Below, piece by piece: positions 29,175 to 39,118 of a stretch of 64,000 nucleotides of DNA (its first letter is position 1; each line of letters opens with the position of its first letter). Source of the stretch: an uncultured Acidimicrobiia bacterium (lineage in GTDB: Bacteria > Actinomycetota > Acidimicrobiia > Spongiisociales > UBA5794). The translations under genes and the position numbers were made by a program. The stretch is taken from contig CAWGCJ010000002.1 of NCBI GenBank assembly GCA_963821095.1, positions 360,954 to 424,953 on the forward strand. The letters are read 5' to 3'. The notes under the pieces are model-generated. The model searched no databases, was not told the origin of the DNA, and saw nothing but the letters and a program-made list of their open reading frames with translations.

Positions 29175-29933
29175 ATGAGAATCGCCGTCTGCGTCAAGCA
29201 GATCCCGGATCCGGCGACGCCTTATGAGCTGGACCCCGATAGCCACTTCGTTGTTCGCCCGAACGACCAAGTTCTCGACGACACCGACCGTTATGGCGTC
29301 GAGATCGGACTCCAGCTCGCAGAAGCGACGGAAGGCACCGTGACCCTGGTCTCGATGTCACCTTCCGGCAGCCTGCAAGGCATTCGCCAAGCGCTCGCCA
29401 TGGGCGCCGACAAAGCTGTCATCGTCGACGACGACTCGCTGCGCGGCGCCGATGCCCTCACGACCGCAAAGATCCTCGCCGCCGCCATCAACCGCGAAGG
29501 CTATGACCTCGTCATCGCCGGTACCGAGTCAACCGACGGCTACAGCGGTGTTGTGCCCCAGCAGGTTGCCGAGTTGCTCGGCGTGCCTGCGCTGACGTTC
29601 GCCCGCAAGGTCGACCAGGCCGACGGCACCATCACCATCGAACGCCAAACGGCCGGCGGCTACGACGTCGTCGAGGCGGCGCTTCCGGCGCTCCTCACCG
29701 TGACGTCGGGTGTCGTCGAGCCTCGCTACCCGACCTTCAAGGGGATCATGCAGGCAAAGCAGAAGCCGATCGATACGTTGACCTCCGGCGACCTCGACGT
29801 GTCGCCCGACCCCCAGCAGTCCATCGTGGCCGTTGAACCCGTCCCCGCCCGCCAGGCGGGCGAACTCATCGAGGACGAGGGTGAGGCCTACTTGACGATC
29901 GTCGAACTGCTCGAACAGGCGAAGGTGATTTGA
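29175..29933 (+). CDS. etfB: Electron transfer flavoprotein, beta subunit.
   Basis: MRIAVCVKQIPD... with an EtfB fold signature. It overlaps etfA by 4 nt. Confidence 0.9.
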   Translation: MRIAVCVKQIPDPATPYELDPDSHFVVRPNDQVLDDTDRYGVEIGLQLAEATEGTVTLVSMSPSGSLQGIRQALAMGADKAVIVDDDSLRGADALTTAKILAAAINREGYDLVIAGTESTDGYSGVVPQQVAELLGVPALTFARKVDQADGTITIERQTAGGYDVVEAALPALLTVTSGVVEPRYPTFKGIMQAKQKPIDTLTSGDLDVSPDPQQSIVAVEPVPARQAGELIEDEGEAYLTIVELLEQAKVI

Positions 29934-30886
29934 TGACGACCTGGGTATTTGCTGAAGAAGTTGAAGGGGCGCCGTCTTCGAGCGCCCTTGAAGCCCTGTC
30001 CAAGGCCCGGGAGTGGGGCGGCGACGTAGCCGTCTTCTACGTGGGCACAGGTGGCGACGCACCGTTTGGTGAACTCGGCGCCTACGGTGCCACGAAGGTG
30101 TTCCACATGGATGCCGGCGACCTCTTGCCGGCAACAGTTGCAGCCGCAGCCATGGCCGATCTCGTGGAGGCCGAAACTCCCGACGTGATCATGTTCGGAA
30201 TGGGCAACACCGACCGCGACGTGGCCGGGCGGCTCTCCGCACGTCTGGGCCTGCCCGTGCTCTCGAACGCAGTGGCGGTAGACGTTGCCGACGGCGCAGT
30301 GACGGTCGGCAACGAAATCCTCGGTGGCACGACCAAGGTGAGTACCGCCTTTGCAGCTTCCGCTCCGGCGCTCGTCATCGCTCGGCCAAAGGCGTTCAAC
30401 GCCGAGCCCAGCGGCGGAGGCGCCCCCGAGGTGGTCGCCGTCGCCCTTCCTGATGTCGGCCATGCCGGCGCCGCTACGGTCAAGGAACGTCACGTCGAAG
30501 CGAGCGAAGGCCCCGACCTCGAGGCGGCAAACGTTGTTGTTTCCGGCGGTCGCGGTGTGGGCAGCGAAGAGAAGTTCGCCGTCATCGAGGAACTCGCTGG
30601 GCTGCTCGGCGGCGCCGTCGGGGCAACCCGTGCCGTCGTTGACGCCGGGTGGGTCCCCTACTCACTCCAGGTGGGCCAGACCGGCAAGACGGTCAAGCCC
30701 GGCGTGTACCTCGCCTGCGGGATCTCCGGGGCGATGCAGCACATTGTCGGGATGAAGGACTCTTCGATCATCATCGCCATCAACAAGGACAGCGAGGCAC
30801 CGATCTTTGGTCTCTCCGACCTGGGTGTCGTCGGAGACGTCCACAAGGTCGTCCCTGCTCTGATTGAGGCCCTCAAGGCGCGCTAG
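29930..30886 (+). CDS. etfA: Electron transfer flavoprotein, alpha subunit.
   Basis: The FAD-binding C-terminus reads PGVYLACGISGAMQHIVGMKDSSIIIAINKD. Confidence 0.9.
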   Translation: MMTTWVFAEEVEGAPSSSALEALSKAREWGGDVAVFYVGTGGDAPFGELGAYGATKVFHMDAGDLLPATVAAAAMADLVEAETPDVIMFGMGNTDRDVAGRLSARLGLPVLSNAVAVDVADGAVTVGNEILGGTTKVSTAFAASAPALVIARPKAFNAEPSGGGAPEVVAVALPDVGHAGAATVKERHVEASEGPDLEAANVVVSGGRGVGSEEKFAVIEELAGLLGGAVGATRAVVDAGWVPYSLQVGQTGKTVKPGVYLACGISGAMQHIVGMKDSSIIIAINKDSEAPIFGLSDLGVVGDVHKVVPALIEALKAR

Positions 30887-30930
30887 CGTCAATCCCCTGT
30901 CATGCAGTAGGGCCCGCCGATCGGCGGGCC

Positions 30931-31308
30931 CTACTCGTTGCGTCGCTCGAGCTCGTCTCGCAATGCGTCGGATGCCGATATGGCACGCTCGACACTGCCG
31001 TTGAGTACCCCGGCCAGGAGACACGCAAACGCCAGGATCAGGTAGAGCTGCTGCTCGTCCATCAGGTACAGTCCGGCGCCAAACGCAGCAAGCCCGACCC
31101 AGCTACGGAGCCGACGGGCCGACGCCCCTCCCCGCCGCATCGCCCAGGGCCAGAGAACGGACAGGCCGACAACCGCAACGCCGAAGTAGCGAACCAGTTC
31201 GATCTCCCACTCGGTCGATGCCACACCGCCGAGCACCGGACTTGGCGCAACGGTGAGCCCAGCGCCGGCAAACAGCAGCCAAGGGTTGAAGCTCTTGGCG
31301 GGGCTCAT
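30931..31308 (-). CDS. Hypothetical integral membrane protein.
   Basis: The 125-aa ORF has four hydrophobic segments and no recognisable family. Confidence 0.4.
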   Translation of the reverse strand: MSPAKSFNPWLLFAGAGLTVAPSPVLGGVASTEWEIELVRYFGVAVVGLSVLWPWAMRRGGASARRLRSWVGLAAFGAGLYLMDEQQLYLILAFACLLAGVLNGSVERAISASDALRDELERRNE

Positions 31309-31330
31309 GCGGGGATATCGTAAGGGATCC

Positions 31331-32671
31331 CTAGCCGGTACTTGACGGTTCCTCTTGCTCGCTGCGATCGACGGTGTCTTGCGTTGCGCCGGCCTCCGTC
31401 TCGACCGAATGAACCTTGCCCGAGCCGGTGTCTCCCAACCCGCTCAGGATGTTGACGCCGGTGGCGTTCTCGATCTGTTCGGTGAGTTTGATCACCGTGC
31501 CGGGAAGCTGGCTGAGGAATCCGGGGATTGCCTCGCTTCCGTTGCCGGAGTCGATCACCGAGACCTTCTCGATGTTGACTCCCTCGACCGTGCCGACGAT
31601 CTTGTCGATGAGTTCGGGCAGCATGTTGAGCACGAAGATGCGCTGGGCGTCGTCACCGGCAGCCTGATACTGCTCAACGAGGCGGTGGAATACCTCGATC
31701 TGAGCGTTGCCATCTTCGATGATCTTGGCGGCAGCGCCCTTGGCTTCGAGTTCCATGGCTTCGCGTTTCGCCCGAGCCGGGGCAATCACATCGGCTTCCA
31801 GTCTGCGGTTCTGCAACTCGATCCGTTCCTTCTCGAGCTCCTGCTCGGCAACGACCCGGGCGCGGTCCGACTCGACGAGAGCCTCCTGCTCCTTGGCCAC
31901 CGCGGACTTCTCGAGTTCGGCATTGCGCACGCGCAGGTCGTTTTCCCGTTCAACGATGGCAATGTCGGCATCCACCCTGGCGAGCTCGGCCCGGCGCCGG
32001 GCTTCTGCTTCTTGCTCCTGGGCCTCGGTCTGGCGCATCGCCTCGGCCACCCTGGCCTCCTTGAGGACGAGGGCGGTCTGGCGGCGGCCGACCGAGTCGA
32101 GATAGCCGACCTCATCGGTGACGTTCTGGATCTTGAGCACATCCAGTTCGAGGCCGAGCGTCTTGATGTCGTCGTCGGCTTCGTCAATGAGGACTTGGGC
32201 GAACTTCAATCGATCCTCATTCACCTCTTCGGGTGTGAGCGTCGCCAACACGCCACGCAGGTTGGCCTCGAGCGTCTCTTTGGCCAGTTGCGGGATGTAG
32301 TCGGGTGGTCGCCCCAGGAAACGCTCCAGCGAATTCTCGAGCAGGCCCTGCTGACTCGAGATCTTCACGTTGGCGATCCCCTGCACGTTGAGTGGGATGG
32401 CACCCTTGGAGTAGGCGTTGTGCACCGACACCTCAATGGCGATCGTGTTGAGGTCCATGAACTGGACCCGCTCGATGATCGGCCAGCGGAAGGTTCGGCC
32501 ACCGCGCAGCACGCGATATCCGAGCGTCTTGCCGTCGGGCATCTCCCGAGTCCGGCCGGTGATGACTGCGATCTGGTTCGGCGGGCAGATCACGATGAGT
32601 GACTTGACGGCCAAGGCCACCACGATCACCACAACCACAATGATCACCGCAAGAGCGATGAGAACATCCAC
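31331..32671 (-). CDS. Flotillin-like SPFH/band-7 protein (FloT/YqiK-like).
   Basis: The N-terminus has a TM segment, followed by an SPFH domain and a long EA-rich coiled coil. Confidence 0.85.
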   Translation of the reverse strand: MDVLIALAVIIVVVVIVVALAVKSLIVICPPNQIAVITGRTREMPDGKTLGYRVLRGGRTFRWPIIERVQFMDLNTIAIEVSVHNAYSKGAIPLNVQGIANVKISSQQGLLENSLERFLGRPPDYIPQLAKETLEANLRGVLATLTPEEVNEDRLKFAQVLIDEADDDIKTLGLELDVLKIQNVTDEVGYLDSVGRRQTALVLKEARVAEAMRQTEAQEQEAEARRRAELARVDADIAIVERENDLRVRNAELEKSAVAKEQEALVESDRARVVAEQELEKERIELQNRRLEADVIAPARAKREAMELEAKGAAAKIIEDGNAQIEVFHRLVEQYQAAGDDAQRIFVLNMLPELIDKIVGTVEGVNIEKVSVIDSGNGSEAIPGFLSQLPGTVIKLTEQIENATGVNILSGLGDTGSGKVHSVETEAGATQDTVDRSEQEEPSSTG

Positions 32672-32702
32672 GACTCGGTCTCCTGACTGCGGCCGGGGCC
32701 GC

Positions 32703-33281
32703 CTATTCCATGCTGTCCAAGGGCGCCACCAACGCGGCGCCCCGCTTGATCTCCACCACGACTACCTCGTCACCCTTGTGGTAGTCCTCGCCCGATCGGG
32801 GCCGGTACGGGCTGGCCACGAAGTAGAGGCGCTGGCCGCCCACATCGACGGCGACTCTGCCCTTGCGTTCCGGGCCGATCGGCAACACGACCGACGCCGG
32901 GCTTCCCTCGATCTCGCTGTCGAGAATCTGGCTGTCGCTGTTGTTCGCCCGCAGGTAGTTGATCAGCGTGTGGTTGAGCCACATCGCAAACGCCCCCATG
33001 GCGACGGCGAGCAGGAAGGTCAACACGCTGTTGGCGTCAAGCCAGCTGAGCACAAGCCCGGTGAGGCCGAAGAAGGCCAGGAAGAACACGATGGAGCGGA
33101 ACGACAGGAACGAGGCAATGGCAGCGAACGGACCCCCGCCATCCACATCGACCCCAGGATCGACATCGACATCGACATCCGCGTCGAGTTCGAAGTCGGT
33201 ATCGATGTCACCGCCGAAAAAGAGGAAGAAGAAGACGAACGGCCAGCCGACTATGGCTGCAAACACATACAGACTCACCAT
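32703..33281 (-). CDS. NfeD-like (YuaF/YqiJ-type) membrane protein, the flotillin partner.
   Basis: N-terminal TM helices are followed by a C-terminal OB-fold-like region (GRVAVDVGGQRLYFVASPYRP...GDEVVVVEIKRGAALVAPL). It lies immediately upstream of the flotillin gene. Confidence 0.7.
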   Translation of the reverse strand: MVSLYVFAAIVGWPFVFFFLFFGGDIDTDFELDADVDVDVDPGVDVDGGGPFAAIASFLSFRSIVFFLAFFGLTGLVLSWLDANSVLTFLLAVAMGAFAMWLNHTLINYLRANNSDSQILDSEIEGSPASVVLPIGPERKGRVAVDVGGQRLYFVASPYRPRSGEDYHKGDEVVVVEIKRGAALVAPLDSME

Positions 33282-33442
33282 GACGATCCTTCGCCGTTGT
33301 CCGCCGGAGACCTCATTCTACCTGAGGGCGGCAACCCTATTCGAGAGGGGAATCGGGACGGCCGGCGCCTGTTGAGGGCGCCGGCCGGAGGAGGGATCCC
33401 GACCTTGAGGACCTGGTACCTGAACGGGATGGTGAGTCCCAC

Positions 33443-33727
33443 TCAGGTTGGGAGCTGATGACCCATCGCTCGCCGAATTGCGTCAAGACGGCGTCGATCG
33501 GCCTTCAGTGGGGCTGGAACCGGCTCCGGCACGAAGCTGGAGATGGTCCAACCCAACAAACCGGTCAGTGTCCCCACTACCGACAGGACCGGTGCTCCAA
33601 TGATCAGACCTATCACGGCGGTCGCCAGGGACGCTGCGACGAGCGCCCAACCGATGCCGAGAACAATGTTCCGGGCGAATGAACTCACCCACCCGTTTGC
33701 GAAATTGCGGCCGTTCTCATGTCCCAT
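33443..33727 (-). CDS. Small hypothetical membrane protein.
   Basis: The internal Met start MGHENGRNFANGW precedes two hydrophobic helices. The upstream part of ORF 33443..33895 overlaps cdd. Confidence 0.35.
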   Translation of the reverse strand: MGHENGRNFANGWVSSFARNIVLGIGWALVAASLATAVIGLIIGAPVLSVVGTLTGLLGWTISSFVPEPVPAPLKADRRRLDAIRRAMGHQLPT

Positions 33728-33806
33728 ACGGCGGTCTATCGGCACCACGAGACAAAGCCTTGAGTCCCGACGTGAAAGGAATATCGCGAGCTGTGCGTAG
33801 CCAAGC

Positions 33807-34226
33807 TCAGCTCGAGTCCGAGGCCGCTCCCAGCGAGCTTGGACCGAACGAATGTGGCAGCAGTTCAGCGAGGGTGTGGACCCGGGGCGAACCATCGGGC
33901 TCCTGGACGATCACCGTTTCAACGCCAAACTCGAGCATCAGCTGCCGGCAGTTTCCGCAGGGATAGCACTCCATCGTCTCGGTACAGGCGATGGCGACGG
34001 CGTCGATCTTGCGGATACCTGCGGCGGCGGCAGCCGCGATCGCGGCGCCCTCGGCGCAGATGGTGGAGCCGTACGCCGCGTTCTCGACGTTGCCTCCCAG
34101 AAAGGTGCTCCCGTCGGCGGCCACAATGGCGGCGCCGACGTGGAAGTTCGAGTACGGCGCATAGGCCCGACTAGCGGCGTCTGCCGCCTGCTCGATCAAA
34201 CCGGCGGCGTCGCGGTCGACCGTCAT
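33807..34226 (-). CDS. cdd: Cytidine deaminase.
   Basis: The zinc-binding motifs CAEGAAI and CYPCGNCRQ are present. Length is 139 aa. Confidence 0.9.
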   Translation of the reverse strand: MTVDRDAAGLIEQAADAASRAYAPYSNFHVGAAIVAADGSTFLGGNVENAAYGSTICAEGAAIAAAAAAGIRKIDAVAIACTETMECYPCGNCRQLMLEFGVETVIVQEPDGSPRVHTLAELLPHSFGPSSLGAASDSS

Positions 34227-35263
34227 GCGCCGAGCAACGCGTCGACGAACTGTTCGGGTTCGAACGGGATCAGGTCGTCAACCCCTTCACCCACTCCGAT
34301 GTACTTCACAGGGATGTCGAGTTCCTCCTCCACAGCGATGGCAACACCGCCGCGGGCCGTTCCGTCGAGCTTGGTCAACACGATACCCGTAACCCCCACA
34401 GAGTCGGCAAAGCTGCGGGCTTGGGCGATGGCGTTCTGGCCGGTGGTGCCGTCAATGACGAGCAACACCTCGTCGAGTTCGCCGGCTTCTCGTTTCAGGA
34501 TCCGGGCGACCTTGGACAGCTCGTCCATCAGGTTGGCCTTGTTCTGGAGCCGGCCCGCAGTATCGACGATGAGTACGTCGATGTCGCGGCTACGCGCCGC
34601 CTCATATGCGTCGAACGCAACCGAGGCGGGATCGGCGCCGGTCTGCCCCGAGACGATATCGACACCAACTCGGTCTGCCCAGGTCCGCAACTGCTCGTCG
34701 GCCGCGGCACGGAAGGTGTCGGCCGCCCCCAGCAGGACGGTGGATCCGTCGGCGCGCAGCTGCGATGCGAGCTTGGCGATCGAAGTCGTCTTGCCGGTCC
34801 CGTTGACGCCAACCACCAGCAGGACCGCAGGAGCGGCGTCGAGATGCAGGGAGCGATCGCGTCCGTCGAGGGTCTCGATGAGCTGCTGTTCGAGGGCGGC
34901 GCGGGCTTCTTCACCGTCCTTGGGGTTCTGGGCGCGGACCGCGTCAACTACCGCAGTGGCCGTACCGATGCCAACGTCGGCGGCAACGAGCGTGTCCTCG
35001 AGATCGCTCCAGAACTCGGCGTCGAGCCGATCGCGATCCAGGATCACATTGAGACGGTCTCCGACGGCGCGCCTCGTGCTCGCCAAACGGCTCCGAAGCC
35101 TCGGTGGGCTGGGCGGTGCCTTGACCGCTCCGCCGGTCGTCGCCGGACCTGCCGTGGGAGTGGTGGTCTTGTCGGTGGTCGACCGGCGTTGCCACACGAC
35201 AACCCCGACGATCGCAAGTATCACGACCGCGACGATGACAACGATGAGAATCGGGTCCAACAT
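34223..35263 (-). CDS. ftsY: Signal recognition particle receptor FtsY.
   Basis: NG domain motifs GVNGTGKTT, DTAGRL and TKLDGTARGG are present. Confidence 0.95.
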   Translation of the reverse strand: MLDPILIVVIVAVVILAIVGVVVWQRRSTTDKTTTPTAGPATTGGAVKAPPSPPRLRSRLASTRRAVGDRLNVILDRDRLDAEFWSDLEDTLVAADVGIGTATAVVDAVRAQNPKDGEEARAALEQQLIETLDGRDRSLHLDAAPAVLLVVGVNGTGKTTSIAKLASQLRADGSTVLLGAADTFRAAADEQLRTWADRVGVDIVSGQTGADPASVAFDAYEAARSRDIDVLIVDTAGRLQNKANLMDELSKVARILKREAGELDEVLLVIDGTTGQNAIAQARSFADSVGVTGIVLTKLDGTARGGVAIAVEEELDIPVKYIGVGEGVDDLIPFEPEQFVDALLGA

Positions 35264-35281
35264 TGGCTCCTGTTGGGTAGC

Positions 35282-38200
35282 TCAGGCCTCGACCCGGGCG
35301 AGTCGCTTGGCAATGACCTTGGACGACGCTCCCGGTTCCATGGTGACGCCGTACAGGATATCGGCAGCTTCCATGGTCTGTTGCTGATGGGTAATGATGA
35401 CCAACTGAGCGGACTCGCGCAAGGTGTCAACCAGTCGCAGGAACCGCCGGAGGTTGGCGTCGTCGAGGGCCGCCTCGACCTCGTCGAGCACGTAGAACGG
35501 GCTGGGCCGGGCACGGAAGACGGCGAAGAGGAACGCCAGCGCCGCCAGTGATCGTTCGCCACCGGAAAGCAGGCTGAGCCTGCCGACCTTCTTGCCCATC
35601 GGCTGGGCTTCGATCTCGACACCGGTGATGAGCGGATGGTCGGGGTCGGTCAGCCGGAGTCGGCCGCGTCCACCCGGGAAGACCAAAGCGAAGTTCTCCT
35701 CGAAGAAGCCGGCAATGTCGTCGAACGCTCCTCGGAAGAGATGCGCCATCTCCTCATCGAGCGCGTCGATCACCTTGAGAAGTTCGCGTCGGGACTCCTC
35801 GAGGTCTGCGAGCTGTGCGTCGAGCATCTCAACCTCGCCGGCCAGTTCACGGTACTCGGCGGCGGCCAGCGGGTTGATCGGCCCCATTCGACGCAGGCTG
35901 GCTTCTGCCATCGCCAGCGCCTCGGCGTGGCTGGTGTCGCCTTCGCGCTCAGGCTCGAGGGCGGCGAGTGCCTCCTCCTCGGTGCAGTCGGCATCACGGC
36001 GGAGACCTTCGGCGACGGACTCATCTCGCACCCGCAGTTCGGCCAGTTCGACCGCCAGCGAAGCGGCGCGGTCCTTGGCCCCCGAGATGGCCCTCTCCAA
36101 TTCCGACTGGCGACGGTGGGCGGCAGTGAGGTGGTTGTCGGCGATCCCGGCACGCTCTCGCAGTTCGCGCTGACGGGTCCGCAGGGCCTCAACGTGGTCT
36201 CGGATGATCTCGGCGGCGCGGCGGGCTTTGTCCTCGACCACGGCCAACCGATCGATCACGGCGGGATCGACGGGCGCAACCTCCAGGTCATCAAACTCTG
36301 CGGTGGCGGCGGTGAGCCGAGACTCGAGGAGCTTGCGCCGTTCCATCGCCCCGGCGAGGGTGCCGGCAGCCTCTTCGCGAAGTCGCCGGGCCTCGTCGCG
36401 GCGCCGTGCCACTTCTTCACGGCGGCGATTGAGTGCGTCCCACGCTTCCTGGCGGACCTTCTCCTCGCCTTCGAACTCCTCGACTCGGCGACGCAGGCTC
36501 TCGATGCGCTCATCGCGGGTGACGGCGGCGGCCTCCAGCGACCGTCCACGTTCATCGAGGCGTTCGATCTCGGCGGCGCCTTCGGCCTGGGAGCGCTCCA
36601 ATAGTCCCATCGCCTCGGTGAGCCCGGCCAGCCGAGCCTCGAGCGCTTCGAGTGCTTCGAGCGCCGTACGCTCCTGGTCGCGAGCGGTGTTGAAATCGCG
36701 GCGACCGCTGGTGTGTGAACTCTCGCTGCGAGCAAGGTTGCGCTCAGCGATCTCGAGGGCCACCTTGGCTGCCTCTAGGGCGGCTGGCCCCGCACCGTCG
36801 GCCTCGGCGAGATAGAGCCCCTGCGACGTCACCACATCACCTTCGGGGGTCACCGCACGAATCTCTGGATGCTGCTGCACCACTGCCCACGCCGCCGACC
36901 AACCCTCGCAGAGGACGACGTCGCCGATGAGTGCCCCGGCCAGGTCGCCGTCGGTGTCCGGTCCGAGCAGGTCGATCAGGGCGTCAAAGCCACGTTCTGC
37001 GGCGACCGAGCGCGCCGGTGGCTCAACGGCGTTGCTCGGACCGCTTCCCACAAATGCCACACCGCCATAGCCCTCGGAGCGCAGCGATCCGGCCGCCTCT
37101 CGTATGGCTTCATCGCCGGAGACCACAAAGGCATCTCGCCATAGCCCAAGTGCACCATCGACCGCCACGGCGAGTTCGGCAGGCACGTCGAGGCGGGCCA
37201 CAAGCGGACCGAGTACCTCGGCAGCGTTGGCCGCCAGTTCCCGAGCAGCCGGGTCACCGATGCCTGCCAGCGATGCCTCGAGGGCATCGACCCTGGCGTT
37301 GGCCGCCGCCAAGGCGACGTGATGGTCCTGGTGGTCGACCTCGACACGCTCCCAGTGTTCCTGTGCCGAGCTGCGGGCCGCCCGTGCCAAGGTGTAGGCC
37401 TCCTGGGCCACGCCAACCTCCGAGTCGGTCGAACGAATGTGTTCGTTGAGGCGGGCTGCCTCCGACTGTTCCTCGGCGATGCGGGACTCGACAACGTCAC
37501 GGCGGTGCTGAGTGGCCTCGGCCTCGCGGTGATCCCGCTCGGCTGCCGTCTCCAGGGCCCGCAAGTCGCCGCGCAGATTGGCGACGACGCCTTCGGTGGG
37601 GAGCTGGATCTGCTCTGCCAGCGAGCGTTCCTCGTCTTCCATCGCCTGCAGGGTGACTTCGCGCCGGCCGGCGAGGGCCTGGGCCTGTTGCTCTTCCTTG
37701 GCCGATGCCGCGATCTCGGCGATGAGGTGGTCGCGTTCGGCGACCAGGTCATCTCGACGCTCGCCGGCGCCTCGCAGCCGGCTCTCCAGCGAGTGGCGCC
37801 GTTCACGGCTGACGAGCCCGATGCGCTGGAACCGCTCGGCCACGGTCTCGAGTCGGGCGGCGGCGGCCGTGTCGCGCTCCAGGCTGCGGCCGACTTCACC
37901 CGCGGCCCCACGCAGTTGGTCCAGGTTCCCCACCAACACTGCGAGTTCTTGGGAGTCCTGCTCGATGGCGGCAACCAGCTCGGCGCGCTCCGCAGTGGCG
38001 ACCTCGAGTCGCTCCCGCAGGCTGCGCAGAGTCTCTCCGCCGATCCACATCCTGAGGGCCAGGACTTGTGCTCTGACGGAGTCGTAGCGCTCGGCCGCGT
38101 TGGCCTGGCGTTTGAGAGGTCGCAGCCTGCGCTTCTGCTGGTCGAGGAGGTCGATCAACCGGTGCACGTCGATCTCGGTTTGCCCCAGCCGCCGTACCGA

Positions 38201-38728
38201 GCGGTCGCGCCGGCCCCGGTGCTTGGTGATCCCGGCCGCTTCTTCGATGACGGCTCGGTGCTCGTCCGGCCTGGCATTGAGGATGTTCCCGATCTGGCCC
38301 TGGCCGACCAGCACGTGCTGGTGGCGGCCCACGCCACCGTCGGAGAGCAATTCGTGGAGGTCGAGCAGGCGGCACGGGGTTCCGTTGAGCTCGTATTCGG
38401 AGGTGCCGTCGCGATAGAGGCGGCGGGTCATGGAGACTTCGTCGAGTTCGATTGGGAGGAAGTGATCCGTGTTGTCGAACGACAGAGTGACCTCGGCCCG
38501 TCCCAGCGACGGTCGGGTGGCCGTCCCGGCGAAGATGACGTCATCCATGGACTCGGTGCGCAACACGCTGGTGGCTTGGGTGCCCATCACCCAGGCAAGG
38601 GCGTCGAGCAGGTTGGACTTGCCCGACCCGTTCGGGCCCACCACGACGTTGACCCCCTCGTGGAATTCGAGGCGGGTCCGATCGGCAAACGACTTGAAGC
38701 CGACGAGCGAAAGCGTCTTGAGCAGCAA
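35282..38728 (-). CDS. smc: Chromosome segregation protein SMC.
   Basis: The 1148-aa ORF has an N-terminal Walker A (GPNGSGKSN), long coiled coils, a hinge, and a C-terminal signature LSGGE plus Walker B. Confidence 0.95.
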   Translation of the reverse strand: MLLKTLSLVGFKSFADRTRLEFHEGVNVVVGPNGSGKSNLLDALAWVMGTQATSVLRTESMDDVIFAGTATRPSLGRAEVTLSFDNTDHFLPIELDEVSMTRRLYRDGTSEYELNGTPCRLLDLHELLSDGGVGRHQHVLVGQGQIGNILNARPDEHRAVIEEAAGITKHRGRRDRSVRRLGQTEIDVHRLIDLLDQQKRRLRPLKRQANAAERYDSVRAQVLALRMWIGGETLRSLRERLEVATAERAELVAAIEQDSQELAVLVGNLDQLRGAAGEVGRSLERDTAAAARLETVAERFQRIGLVSRERRHSLESRLRGAGERRDDLVAERDHLIAEIAASAKEEQQAQALAGRREVTLQAMEDEERSLAEQIQLPTEGVVANLRGDLRALETAAERDHREAEATQHRRDVVESRIAEEQSEAARLNEHIRSTDSEVGVAQEAYTLARAARSSAQEHWERVEVDHQDHHVALAAANARVDALEASLAGIGDPAARELAANAAEVLGPLVARLDVPAELAVAVDGALGLWRDAFVVSGDEAIREAAGSLRSEGYGGVAFVGSGPSNAVEPPARSVAAERGFDALIDLLGPDTDGDLAGALIGDVVLCEGWSAAWAVVQQHPEIRAVTPEGDVVTSQGLYLAEADGAGPAALEAAKVALEIAERNLARSESSHTSGRRDFNTARDQERTALEALEALEARLAGLTEAMGLLERSQAEGAAEIERLDERGRSLEAAAVTRDERIESLRRRVEEFEGEEKVRQEAWDALNRRREEVARRRDEARRLREEAAGTLAGAMERRKLLESRLTAATAEFDDLEVAPVDPAVIDRLAVVEDKARRAAEIIRDHVEALRTRQRELRERAGIADNHLTAAHRRQSELERAISGAKDRAASLAVELAELRVRDESVAEGLRRDADCTEEEALAALEPEREGDTSHAEALAMAEASLRRMGPINPLAAAEYRELAGEVEMLDAQLADLEESRRELLKVIDALDEEMAHLFRGAFDDIAGFFEENFALVFPGGRGRLRLTDPDHPLITGVEIEAQPMGKKVGRLSLLSGGERSLAALAFLFAVFRARPSPFYVLDEVEAALDDANLRRFLRLVDTLRESAQLVIITHQQQTMEAADILYGVTMEPGASSKVIAKRLARVEA

Positions 38729-38789
38729 GGTGAGAGGAGGTTACCAGGGGGAATTACATGCGTGTAGTAATCGGGAGCGGAGTTTCCGC

Positions 38790-39059
38790 CTACCGAACGG
38801 CGAAGCTGGTGATGGTCGGGTCCGGCTCCGCAGCCCGCAGGCGCACCGCAGCCACGCTGGCGTGCCGCGGCCCTTCAGCAAGGTAGGCCCGAAATGCGTC
38901 GAGCGTGGCTGAGTCACCTTGGGCAAAGACTTCTACCGAGCCATCAATTCGGTTGCGGACCCACCCGGTCACGCCGAGGAGATCAGCTTGGTGACGGGTC
39001 GACCAGCGGAACCCGACGCCCTGCACCCGCCCGGTGACGTGGCCGGTCAGCGCCTGCAT
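38790..39059 (-). CDS. acyP: Acylphosphatase.
   Basis: VTGRVQGVGFRWSTRHQADLLGVTGWVRNRIDGSVEV matches the acylphosphatase signature. Confidence 0.9.
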   Translation of the reverse strand: MQALTGHVTGRVQGVGFRWSTRHQADLLGVTGWVRNRIDGSVEVFAQGDSATLDAFRAYLAEGPRHASVAAVRLRAAEPDPTITSFAVR

Positions 39060-39066
39060 GGTGATC

Positions 39067-39118
39067 GGTCACGTTGTGGTTTCATCCCAGACCACGGTAA
39101 TGACCGAAACGCCGTCGG
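39067..39118. repeat. Direct repeat copy A (52 bp, 50/52 identical to copy B). It duplicates the last 15 codons plus stop of the lipoprotein gene at 39762..40259.
   Basis: tcacgttgtggtttcatcccagaccacggtaatgaccgaaacgccgtcggca versus tcacgtcgtggtttcatcccagaccacggtaatgaccgaaccgccgtcggca at 39762. Confidence 0.85.

Noticed and set aside
31355-32602. 415-aa + strand ORF
   Set aside because: It is antisense to the flotillin gene.
33852-38767. Long + strand ORFs 33852..35387, 35636..36604 and 37319..38767
   Set aside because: They are antisense to cdd/ftsY and smc, which are high-confidence genes. Stop-free antisense frames of this kind are typical in high-GC DNA.
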